Shown here piece by piece: positions 9,035 to 17,525 of a stretch of 64,000 nucleotides of DNA (its first letter is position 1; each line of letters starts with the position of its first letter). Under the pieces are notes generated by a model. The model worked only from the letters and a program-made list of their open reading frames with translations. It did not search any database and was not told the origin of the DNA. A program made the translations under genes and the position numbers. The stretch covers positions 383,016 through 447,015 of the forward strand of contig DIVZ01000005.1 of the NCBI GenBank assembly GCA_002423395.1, in the 5' to 3' direction. This stretch comes from Eubacteriaceae bacterium UBA6119 (GTDB lineage Bacteria > Bacillota > Clostridia > Eubacteriales > UBA1433).

Positions 9035-9886
9035 ATGAATACTGAATATAAAAAACTAAAACGCAAAATGTATAAAATTATATTTGAATCTGATACGCCT
9101 AAGGGTAAAGCATTTGATATTGCTTTACTGATAGCTATCTTGTTAAGCACATTTGTTGTGCTGCTGCAAAGCGTTGAAAGAATAAACATTGAATACGGAG
9201 CATTTTTTTCGGTATTGGAATGGTTTTTTCTTATCGTATTTACTGTGGAATACATTTTAAGGATTATATGCGTTGATAAGCCAGTACGCTATATTAAAAG
9301 TTTTTTCGGCATTATTGACCTTTTGGCGATATTGCCAATGTTTATAGGTATGTTCATTACAGCCTCGCAAATTTTATTGATTGTACGCGTTTTACGTCTG
9401 TTCAGGCTTTTGCGAATTTTAAAAATGTCTCGTTTTCTTGCGGAATCAAACTTCCTATTAAAAGCGCTGAAATCAAGCATGCCCAAAATTATTCTTTTTA
9501 TATCCACTATGGTGTTTGCTATTATTATCGCGGGTTCTATAATGTATGTAATTGAAGGACCGCAGCGAGGATACACAAGCATACCGCAGTCAATGTACTG
9601 GGCTGTAGTGACGGTCACTACCGTAGGATACGGGGACATTTCGCCTCAGACTACATTAGGCAAACTTATCGCAAGCTTGCTGATGATTTCTTCCTACGGA
9701 ATTTTAGCGGTGCCTACCGGAATTATTACTTACGAATTAGCCCAGACTCAAAGAAAAGCAACCTCAAATAAAGATAAAGCGCCATTACGAAGAAATGAAG
9801 AAAAGACTAAAACATGCCCCGAGTGCCGGGCTGAAGGACTTAGTGAAAATGCAGTATATTGCAGCCAATGCGGAAAAAAAATATAA
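9035..9886 (+). CDS. Voltage-gated (6-TM, Kv-type) potassium channel with a C-terminal CxxC...CxxC zinc-ribbon tail
   Basis: S4 with Arg/Lys at every third position (RVLRLFRLLRILKMSR). Selectivity filter TVGYGD. Tail TCPECRAEGLSENAVYCSQCGKK. Confidence 0.88.
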   Translation: MNTEYKKLKRKMYKIIFESDTPKGKAFDIALLIAILLSTFVVLLQSVERINIEYGAFFSVLEWFFLIVFTVEYILRIICVDKPVRYIKSFFGIIDLLAILPMFIGMFITASQILLIVRVLRLFRLLRILKMSRFLAESNFLLKALKSSMPKIILFISTMVFAIIIAGSIMYVIEGPQRGYTSIPQSMYWAVVTVTTVGYGDISPQTTLGKLIASLLMISSYGILAVPTGIITYELAQTQRKATSNKDKAPLRRNEEKTKTCPECRAEGLSENAVYCSQCGKKI

Positions 9887-10063
9887 ACAGTTGAATTTAC
9901 ATTTAATTTAGTAAATATGAAAGAGAAATTAAATATTTACAAGTCTTATTGAAAATTATATAATTATATAAATAAACTAATAAAATTTTATCAAAATTTA
10001 GCGTTAACTCTTTTGTTAAGTAAAAATATAAAAATTATTTTGTGGTGACAAGGAGTTGAGAAT

Positions 10064-11353
10064 ATTAACACATTTATTAATTCGCATCAAATAATATCGT
10101 GGATCATTTTAATTTTCATTTTATTTTCGATCGTATCAGCAAAATTCAGATATGATTTGGCGGCTTTTAGCGGCTTGCTCCTTCTTGGACTATTAGGAGT
10201 TGCTAAGCCGTCTTTTATTTTTTCGGGATTCGCATCGCCCGCATTGTATACCGTTATTACAGTCCTTGTAATGAGCGAGGGCATTGTAAGATCCGGAGTT
10301 TTAACCGGTCTTGGAAAAAGCATAGCGAAAAAAATAAAAAAGCCCAAAAAACAAATGCTGGCGATTTCTGTCACAACGTGGGTATTATCAACGTTTATGA
10401 ATAATGTCGGGGCAGTGGGATTAATGCTGCCTACCACAAAAAGAATGGCGCGACGCGCAGGGTTAGATGCGGCAAAATTCGGTATGCCGCTTGTATATGC
10501 TTCAATATTAGGAGGCTCGGTGACGTTGATTGGAACCGCCTCCAACCTTATTGTATCGGCTTATAGATACCAGGTCTTTGGCAAAGCTTTTAAAATGTTT
10601 GATTTTGCAGCACATGGACTTGCTATGTCTATAACGGGGTTGTTTGTTATTGTTTTTTATCACATTTTGGGGCGGGATATGATAATTTCAGATAAAAAGC
10701 AATATGATGAAGATACTCACGGCAGGAACACTATTGCGCTTGAGCCTGCCGCTGAGAGAAACCTCAAAAACACGCTTATGGTGCTGTTTACGCTGATACC
10801 GGCAATAGTGGTTACCGCAGCAGGATTGGTGCATCCTGCAATAGCATTTGGTCTTGTTGTGATGTTATGGCTTATTTTAAAAATTTTTACTTATAATGAC
10901 GCCTTAGGGGCGGTAAATGTGCCTATTTTTATATTTTTAGGAAGCATGTTAAGCATATCCGCTATTTTAAATGAAACGGGAGCTCTCAAAAATGCCGTTG
11001 ATTTTATTTTGCCTCATATTCTTACTATGCCGCCTTTTTTATTAGTATTCAGCATAATAGCCATTACGGCAATTGTTGCCAATATTCTTGACAATTCAGT
11101 ATCTGCGGTGCTTTTGGCGCCTGCAGTAATAATACTTTTTCAATCAGGAGAGATTAATATAAGCTCTGACGCTCTTTTAATGGCTGTTAGCGCGGGAGCC
11201 GGGTTAGGAATTGTGCTTCCTACTCATCAAGCTACCATTGTGGCAATGAACAGCCTGGGATTTGACAGAAAGAAATTCATAAAAATTGGAGCTCTGACTG
11301 CGTTGCCGGCAAGTTTAATGGCCGCGTTTATTATTGTTTTAATTTGGATTTAA
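10064..11353 (+). CDS. SLC13/DASS-superfamily (ArsB/NhaD-fold) anion permease. The start is probably upstream of the track ORF (10157).
   Basis: Polytopic membrane protein with duplicated halves (NNVGAVGLMLP / DNSVSAVLLAP hairpin-like motifs). The in-frame upstream extension encodes a TM helix. AAGGAG at 10050-10055 lies 8 nt before ATT at 10064. There is no ATG/GTG/TTG between the in-frame stop at 10046 and 10157. Confidence 0.7.
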   Translation: MNTFINSHQIISWIILIFILFSIVSAKFRYDLAAFSGLLLLGLLGVAKPSFIFSGFASPALYTVITVLVMSEGIVRSGVLTGLGKSIAKKIKKPKKQMLAISVTTWVLSTFMNNVGAVGLMLPTTKRMARRAGLDAAKFGMPLVYASILGGSVTLIGTASNLIVSAYRYQVFGKAFKMFDFAAHGLAMSITGLFVIVFYHILGRDMIISDKKQYDEDTHGRNTIALEPAAERNLKNTLMVLFTLIPAIVVTAAGLVHPAIAFGLVVMLWLILKIFTYNDALGAVNVPIFIFLGSMLSISAILNETGALKNAVDFILPHILTMPPFLLVFSIIAITAIVANILDNSVSAVLLAPAVIILFQSGEINISSDALLMAVSAGAGLGIVLPTHQATIVAMNSLGFDRKKFIKIGALTALPASLMAAFIIVLIWI

Positions 11354-11378
11354 ATATATATACAAGGAGTGTAAGATT

Positions 11379-12758
11379 ATGGAATTCAAACAGATTTATA
11401 CACCGGGACTGGCTCATTTATCATACGTTATAGGAGGAAGAAATGTTTGTTTGGTTGTTGACCCCGCAAGGGAAGTTGACCAATATATTGAAATAGCAGC
11501 CTCATTCAAATTGCCCATTGCGGGCATTATTGAAACTCATCTGCATGCTGATTTTGTATCAGGGCATATTGAGCTGGCTCAAAAAACGAAAGCCCCGATA
11601 TACATAACCAAAAAAGCCAACGCGGATTTTGAACATTACGGATTGGAAGACGGGGAAGAAATTATAATTGATACTCTTAAAATAAAGATGATTGACACCC
11701 CCGGTCACACGCCGGACTGCTCTGTATTTATTGTATCGGATTTGGAACGGGGAAGTGAAGCTGCACTTGCGTTTACAGGAGATACTCTATTAGTGGGAGA
11801 CGCCGGCAGGCCGGATCTGTTTCCTGATATTAAAGAACAGCTTGCGTCAAACCTTTTTGACAGCCTTAGGAAAATAGAGAAAACAGGTGATCATGTGGAA
11901 GTATACCCTGCCCACGGCGCAGGCTCGTTATGCGGAAAAGCGCTCTCGTCAAAACTTCTTTCTACAATAGGCACGGAAAGAATGTATAATTCGGCATTTA
12001 CAATATCTTCAAAAGAAGAATTTCTATTAAATTTTTTACAAGACATGCCTGAGGCTCCCGACCATTTTTCAAGATGTTCAGAGATAAACAGAAAAGGTCC
12101 CGCTATTACGGCAAACTTAAATAAACCTTTAGCATTATCGCCGCATGAGTTTTACAAACACGCACAGTCAGGTATGCCTGTAGTGGATACCCGGGATCAG
12201 CTCGCTTTCGCATCTGCTCATATTCCGGGAGCATACGGACTTAGCATCAAAGGAAATTTCGCTACATTTTCCGGATGGGTTTTGCCGCCCGACAAACCGC
12301 TGCTTATAGTTGCCGACAATGATAAAGATTTGGCTGAAGCTGTTAAAATGCTGTACAGAGTAGGGCTTGACAATATATTCGGTTACTTGAAAGGGGGCAT
12401 GTCTGAGTATGCTCAGAGCGGACTGATAACATCGCGTATGGAAAGCATATCCGTAGAAGAGCTAAAAGAACGCATGGTTAAGGACGAGCTGATTTTGGTG
12501 GATACAAGACTTAAAAGCGAATACGATACCGAGCATATAAAAGGCTCTATGCACGCGCCAGCGCCTGATGTGCGCAAACGCTATCGCGAATGGATAGGAG
12601 ACAAAACTGTCGCATTCATATGCAATACCGGAAACCGCTCATTGCTGGCGGCGAGTTTGATGCTCAATTTAAGCGGCATGAAAAACATTATAAATGTAAT
12701 AGGAGGCACGACAGCCTGGGTAAAGGCAGGATACCCCATAATTAAAGGAGGAGAATAA
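11379..12758 (+). CDS. CstB-like persulfide dioxygenase (MBL fold) fused to a pseudo-rhodanese domain and a catalytic rhodanese domain
   Basis: ETHLHADFVSGH and TPGHTP metal motifs. The middle rhodanese-like domain lacks the Cys (IVADNDKD). The C-terminal rhodanese has the active-site loop ICNTGNRS. Confidence 0.88.
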   Translation: MEFKQIYTPGLAHLSYVIGGRNVCLVVDPAREVDQYIEIAASFKLPIAGIIETHLHADFVSGHIELAQKTKAPIYITKKANADFEHYGLEDGEEIIIDTLKIKMIDTPGHTPDCSVFIVSDLERGSEAALAFTGDTLLVGDAGRPDLFPDIKEQLASNLFDSLRKIEKTGDHVEVYPAHGAGSLCGKALSSKLLSTIGTERMYNSAFTISSKEEFLLNFLQDMPEAPDHFSRCSEINRKGPAITANLNKPLALSPHEFYKHAQSGMPVVDTRDQLAFASAHIPGAYGLSIKGNFATFSGWVLPPDKPLLIVADNDKDLAEAVKMLYRVGLDNIFGYLKGGMSEYAQSGLITSRMESISVEELKERMVKDELILVDTRLKSEYDTEHIKGSMHAPAPDVRKRYREWIGDKTVAFICNTGNRSLLAASLMLNLSGMKNIINVIGGTTAWVKAGYPIIKGGE

Positions 12759-12759
12759 A

Positions 12760-13284
12760 ATGAAAATTTTGCAACTCATATTTGTAGAACCTTGGCCGTG
12801 GTGGATTGGCGGCATAATAATAGGGCTTTTGGTGCCGGCTATGTATTATTTTCTAAACACTGCGTTGGGAGTATCAACCGGTTATGGAAATATCGCGAAA
12901 CTGATATTTCCGAAAACTAAGCTTAAGTGGCTTAATTCCGATAAATTTAAAGACATTTTCAACTGGAGATTTTTCTTTATATTGGGAATAATAATCGGAG
13001 GTTTCATTTCAGCGCGATTATCGGGCGGCAGATTATTAATAATTGATATGGGGATATTCACGCAAAGTTTGAACTGGCCGTATATAGCTTATATGGGATG
13101 GTTTTTGCTGGGGGGCATATTGCTCGGCTTAGGCTCGCGCATAGCGGGAGGCTGCACTTCGGGGCACAGCATACACGGCATAGCCAATTTGCATCCTTCA
13201 AGCATGCTTTCTACTTTTTTCTTCCTATTGCTCGGTGCGATAACAGTCAATTTGATACGAATATTTATTTTGGGAGGTGTATGA
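12760..13284 (+). CDS. YeeE/YedE-family sulfur-compound transporter, half-size subunit A
   Basis: Four or five TM segments with the conserved GGCTSGH motif. A 1-nt gap follows the upstream gene. Confidence 0.85.
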   Translation: MKILQLIFVEPWPWWIGGIIIGLLVPAMYYFLNTALGVSTGYGNIAKLIFPKTKLKWLNSDKFKDIFNWRFFFILGIIIGGFISARLSGGRLLIIDMGIFTQSLNWPYIAYMGWFLLGGILLGLGSRIAGGCTSGHSIHGIANLHPSSMLSTFFFLLLGAITVNLIRIFILGGV

Positions 13285-13711
13285 AATGAAGAAAAAAATA
13301 GCATTTCTTTGTTTCGGTATAATTTTCGGATTTACGCTGAGCAGAGTGGGTGCGTCCGAATATGACCTTATTTACACCATGTTTACGGCAGAGAATTTAA
13401 AACTGGCTCTCGTTATACTCACAGCGATTATAATTGGAGCTGTTGGAATGAGACTACTTATTTTAAACGGCGGCAAAGACTATAAGGGAAAGAGTTTGGA
13501 GATAAAAAAGAAACCGCTTAATAAGTATAATGTTTACGGGGGCATAATATTCGGAATAGGATGGGCAATATCCGGTGCGTGTCCTGGCACTGTTTTAGCG
13601 CAAGTGGGAGAAGGCAAGCTTCTGGGTCTATTTACAATGGCAGGATTGGCGCTGGGTACATATATATATGCGCTGATTGCTGAAAAAAACCATAATATTG
13701 TGTCAGATTAA
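13277..13711 (+). CDS. YeeE/YedE-family sulfur-compound transporter, half-size subunit B
   Basis: Overlaps subunit A by 8 nt. TM protein with the SGACPGT motif. Confidence 0.85.
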   Translation: MYEMKKKIAFLCFGIIFGFTLSRVGASEYDLIYTMFTAENLKLALVILTAIIIGAVGMRLLILNGGKDYKGKSLEIKKKPLNKYNVYGGIIFGIGWAISGACPGTVLAQVGEGKLLGLFTMAGLALGTYIYALIAEKNHNIVSD

Positions 13712-13764
13712 TATTTAATAGCATATAAGGTTAAATTTCCAAATCTTTAATGTTATTAAGTAAA

Positions 13765-13802
13765 GAGATTATTAAACCATGCTAATTCGGTTTAATAATC
13801 TC
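13765..13802 (+). terminator. Strong hairpin closing the sulfur operon
   Basis: 14-bp perfect stem (gagattattaaacc / ggtttaataatctc) with a 10-nt loop. The T-tail is poor. Confidence 0.55.
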
Positions 13803-13908
13803 AACTTCTATGTAAAGTGTTTATATATGTATAATAGGAGGAAATAAAAATGAATAGAATTGCAATAGTTTGGGTTTATTTAAAAACCCAATAGGAAGTG
13901 TTATTAAT

Positions 13909-14799
13909 ATGTTAAACATTAGTATCGCACTAAAATACTTTTTATTTATGATGATAGAATTAACATTGCTCTTTTTATTGATTGGAGCAATTATTTCGTA
14001 TATCCTAATGCATATGCCTCATAATAAAATTCATAACTGGATGGCAAACAAAGGATTCGGGGGGTATATTATAGGGGCATTAGCAGGGGCTATCGCCCCG
14101 CTCTGGTCTTATACAACTATTCCGCTTACACTTGCTTTTATTGAGGCCGGAGTGCCTATCGGAGCAGTTATAACATTTACAGTTGCTGCTCCATTGATAA
14201 ATCCGATTATCATGGCTAAAATTGCGTCGTTAATGGGGGGCGCTGTCGCTCAATGGTATTTTGTTATTATTATTGTTTTATCTATTTTGTCGGGAGTGAT
14301 TGTAGAGAAAAAAGGCGGAGAGAAATACATTAAATCTTACTATGCAGGATTTGAGGCAGAACGGACAACGACAGAAATTCCTAAAACTATTATTGAAAAA
14401 GTTAAAAAAAGCTGTTATAAATCCTGGCAGGATTATAAACACGTATTTCTATTTTTGGTGATAGGTTCTGCAATAGGAGCGGCAATTAACACTTTTATGC
14501 CCGAATATATTTTATCGAGAATATCGGATAAAAATAATTTGGCAGCCATACCCGTTGCCGCTGTTGCAGGCGCTCCATATTTTCTGCGAGCCGAAGTTGC
14601 GATTCCTATTGGAAGCTCCTTAATAAACAAAGGAATGAGCGCAGGAGTAGTCATAGCAATGATAATAAGCGGAGCGGGGATAGACATTCCGGCGGTCAGC
14701 TTGCTTGCCGGTATTTTTAAGAAAAAATTAGTTGCAGCGTATTGCTTCATAATAATCTTTATTGCTATCTCTGTTGGTTTTATAATTGAGATTGTTTAA
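13909..14799 (+). CDS. DUF318/ArsP-like permease family membrane protein (track ORF opens at TTG 13870)
   Basis: Eight or more TM segments with the two-halves architecture of predicted permeases. The usual TPFCSCS-type Cys motif position reads APLWSYT. The start codon is uncertain (see findings). Confidence 0.65.
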   Translation: MLNISIALKYFLFMMIELTLLFLLIGAIISYILMHMPHNKIHNWMANKGFGGYIIGALAGAIAPLWSYTTIPLTLAFIEAGVPIGAVITFTVAAPLINPIIMAKIASLMGGAVAQWYFVIIIVLSILSGVIVEKKGGEKYIKSYYAGFEAERTTTEIPKTIIEKVKKSCYKSWQDYKHVFLFLVIGSAIGAAINTFMPEYILSRISDKNNLAAIPVAAVAGAPYFLRAEVAIPIGSSLINKGMSAGVVIAMIISGAGIDIPAVSLLAGIFKKKLVAAYCFIIIFIAISVGFIIEIV

Positions 14800-15058
14800 C
14801 TGGCTGATATTAGTTAATACTAAATTTTAATTGCTTCAATATTTAACATTTATAATAGCATTTCTTTGTTTTGAAATTTATTTCGTGCCTTAGTATGTTT
14901 TAAATCTTTGATTTCAGTTTGTATATATATTTTGTATAATAAAAATGTAATATCTTACTTTAAGAATTTAAGATAATTATATTTTAATAAAATATTTATA
15001 TTTATTGGTGCGGATATAGTAAAATTGAAGTTAGAGGATATACTTTTATTTATGGATA

Positions 15059-15970
15059 ATGGTGCAAACAATGAATACACAAAAACGACTGATAAAAGCA
15101 TATGAAAATGCAAGAGTTGAATATTTTGATGAAAATGACAAATATGTATTTTTCAGCGACTGCCACAGAGGCAACGGCAGCCATCAGGATGAATTTGTAA
15201 AAAATCGCATTGTATACATGTACGCTCTGGATTATTACTACAAAGAAGGATATACGCTTGTTGAGGTGGGAGACGGTGACGAATTATGGGAATATCCGAA
15301 ATTCAGGATTATAAAAAAAGCTCATTACAGAGTTTTTCAATCCATGAAACGTTTTTTTAATGAAGGCAGATTTATACTGCTTTACGGTAACCACAATATT
15401 TATCTGAAAAATCCTGAGTATGTAGAAAATAATTATTATATGTATTATGACGAATACAGGAAAAAGGAAAACGTTTTTTTTGAAGGTTTGAAACCGTGTG
15501 AAGCTCTGGTTTTAAAAAATAAGCAGACAGGTCAGGAAATATTCGTTGTCCATGGACATCAGGGAGATTTTGCGAACGATCAGTTTCGGCATTTTACTAT
15601 GCTGACCGTGAAACATTTTTGGAAGTATTTACATGCTTTCGGAATAAAAAATCCCGCAAGTCCCGTAAAGAACGAACACAAAAGGCATAAGATTGAAAAA
15701 AGATTTAATAAATGGATTGAAAAGAATGAAACTATGGTAATTTGTGGTCATACGCACCGATATAAGTATCCAAGAGAAGGTGAGTTGCCGTATTTTAATA
15801 CAGGATGCTGCATTTATCCGACTACTATTACAGGAATAGAAATTGCAGGAGGAACGGTACAGCTCGTGAGGTGGCGTACGCATTATAATGAAGACGGCTT
15901 GCTTCAAATTAAAAAAGAGGTCTTAAGAGGACCGGGGAATTTGGAGAAGTTTGATATACGAACCATATAA
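15059..15970 (+). CDS. Calcineurin-like metallophosphoesterase
   Basis: Motifs SDCHRGNG, GDGDELWE, GNHN, HGHQGD and GHTHR appear in canonical order. Confidence 0.85.
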   Translation: MVQTMNTQKRLIKAYENARVEYFDENDKYVFFSDCHRGNGSHQDEFVKNRIVYMYALDYYYKEGYTLVEVGDGDELWEYPKFRIIKKAHYRVFQSMKRFFNEGRFILLYGNHNIYLKNPEYVENNYYMYYDEYRKKENVFFEGLKPCEALVLKNKQTGQEIFVVHGHQGDFANDQFRHFTMLTVKHFWKYLHAFGIKNPASPVKNEHKRHKIEKRFNKWIEKNETMVICGHTHRYKYPREGELPYFNTGCCIYPTTITGIEIAGGTVQLVRWRTHYNEDGLLQIKKEVLRGPGNLEKFDIRTI

Positions 15971-15975
15971 TAAAT

Positions 15976-15998
15976 AAACCGCGCTGACGCGCGGTTTT
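15976..15998. terminator. Bidirectional rho-independent terminator
   Basis: aaaccgcgc-tgac-gcgcggtttt lies between convergent genes. Confidence 0.8.
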
Positions 15999-16029
15999 AT
16001 AATGCTTATATTACTTTAGTTATATCATT

Positions 16030-17193
16030 CTAAATGACAGGGCCAAGCATATGTATATCGATAGAACCGTAATATTGAAGCGCTTCGTTTTTAGTCATTT
16101 CTCCGTTTAATACTCGCAGAGCCATGGCAAAAGCTTCTTCGCCCACTTCTTCTATTGATTTTTTCCCGGTGATTATTAACCCGGCGTTTAAGTCCATGTC
16201 ATATTTCATGTTTTCGTATGTTAGGGGGTTGCCGCATATTTTTATGACGGGCATTGAGGGGAAACCCTGCGGAGCGCCTCTGCCTGTTGAAAACATCATA
16301 AACTGCGCACCCGTGCACGCCATGCCGGTAAGTATCTCCGGTTCTCTTCCGGGTGTATCTTTTATCCAGAGACCTTTTTGAGTTGTTATCATGTCGGTAT
16401 AGTCAAGTACGCCCTGAATAGGTCTTGTGCCTGATTTGGCAATGGCTCCTAGTGATTTTTCTTCTATACTTGAAAGCCCGCCTGCTATATTGCCCGGAGT
16501 CGGTTGACCCTGCCGCATATCGCAGCCTACTGACAGCGCTCTTGCTTCCATTTGATTTACAATATCTATGATTTTTTTGCCGACTTCCGGCGTTACCGCT
16601 CTGCGCGCCAAAATATGCTCCGCGCCTATGAATTCGGTTGTTTCGCCGAAGATTACAGTTGCGCCGAGATCGACAAATTTGTCTGAAACATAACCTATTG
16701 CGCAGTTTGAGGCCATGCCGCTTGTAGCGTCCGAGCCACCGCATTTTATTGACATGACAACATTTGAAATGTCTGTCTCTTCACGCTGCAACCCTGATAT
16801 TTTCATTACAAGCGCCTGCGCGGCGTCTATGCCCGCCTGTATCGCTCTGCTTGTTCCGCCTAGCTGCTGTATGCGGATTATTTCCACCGGTTTGCCTGTT
16901 GCAGCTATTTCTTCAACTAAACGAGCATGATCTGTGCCTTCGCAGCCAAGGCTTACCACAAGAGCGGCGCCTACGTTCGGGCTTGAACCCAGTGAAATGA
17001 GAGCATCAGTGACTCGTTTTAAATCAGGCGGCAATTGGCAGCAGCCCTGATGATGAAAATATCCAATAGTACCTTGCACCTGACGCACTATCGCTTGTGC
17101 CACATCATTGGCGCATACAACGCTTGGTATTACCGCAACAAGATTGCGGGAACCGACTTTACCGTTTGGCCTTACGTATCCTTTGAATTTCAT
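16030..17193 (-). CDS. UxaA-family C-terminal (catalytic) subunit of a split dehydratase/lyase (SuyB-like architecture)
   Basis: A 387-aa protein beginning MKFKGYVRPNGKVGSRN.VAVIPSV, typical of the UxaA/GarD central and C-terminal part. It overlaps the small SAF subunit gene by 4 nt. Confidence 0.8.
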   Translation of the reverse strand: MKFKGYVRPNGKVGSRNLVAVIPSVVCANDVAQAIVRQVQGTIGYFHHQGCCQLPPDLKRVTDALISLGSSPNVGAALVVSLGCEGTDHARLVEEIAATGKPVEIIRIQQLGGTSRAIQAGIDAAQALVMKISGLQREETDISNVVMSIKCGGSDATSGMASNCAIGYVSDKFVDLGATVIFGETTEFIGAEHILARRAVTPEVGKKIIDIVNQMEARALSVGCDMRQGQPTPGNIAGGLSSIEEKSLGAIAKSGTRPIQGVLDYTDMITTQKGLWIKDTPGREPEILTGMACTGAQFMMFSTGRGAPQGFPSMPVIKICGNPLTYENMKYDMDLNAGLIITGKKSIEEVGEEAFAMALRVLNGEMTKNEALQYYGSIDIHMLGPVI

Positions 17194-17501
17194 TGTTTGC
17201 TCCTTTCTAAATCGCCGCGTCCGCGCATGCTGTCAAGATTATGCACATGCACATGTTCGCCCGGAGTGATATCCTTAGAAGCGATGCCTATCTCTTCACC
17301 GTATTTATTTATTAATTCGCCTTTGTTAATTGCTATAACTGCTACCTTATGCCCGTAAGGTATATCGTTAAGAACAGTCAGCATCTGGGTATTGCCGCTT
17401 TTGTCGCGTATTTGTACTTGCGTGCCTTTTAATATGCCTTCGGCAAATATTGTCGCCACATTGTCGGCTTCATGTACTTTTAAACCTAATTTTAATTCCA
17501 T
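17190..17501 (-). CDS. SAF-domain small subunit of the split UxaA-family enzyme (SuyA-like architecture)
   Basis: A 103-aa protein with the SAF beta-clip pattern (HEADNVAT...IPYGHKVA...GEHVHVHN). Confidence 0.8.
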   Translation of the reverse strand: MELKLGLKVHEADNVATIFAEGILKGTQVQIRDKSGNTQMLTVLNDIPYGHKVAVIAINKGELINKYGEEIGIASKDITPGEHVHVHNLDSMRGRGDLERSKQ

Positions 17502-17525
17502 TTTTTCTTCCTTTTCTTTTTTGAT

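Noticed and set aside
9887-10050. A CstR/CsoR-type operator (GC-tract flanked by AT-rich arms) upstream of the sulfur operon.
   Set aside because: The region is almost pure AT with no such dyad. Only a weak TTAAC...GTTAA element is present.
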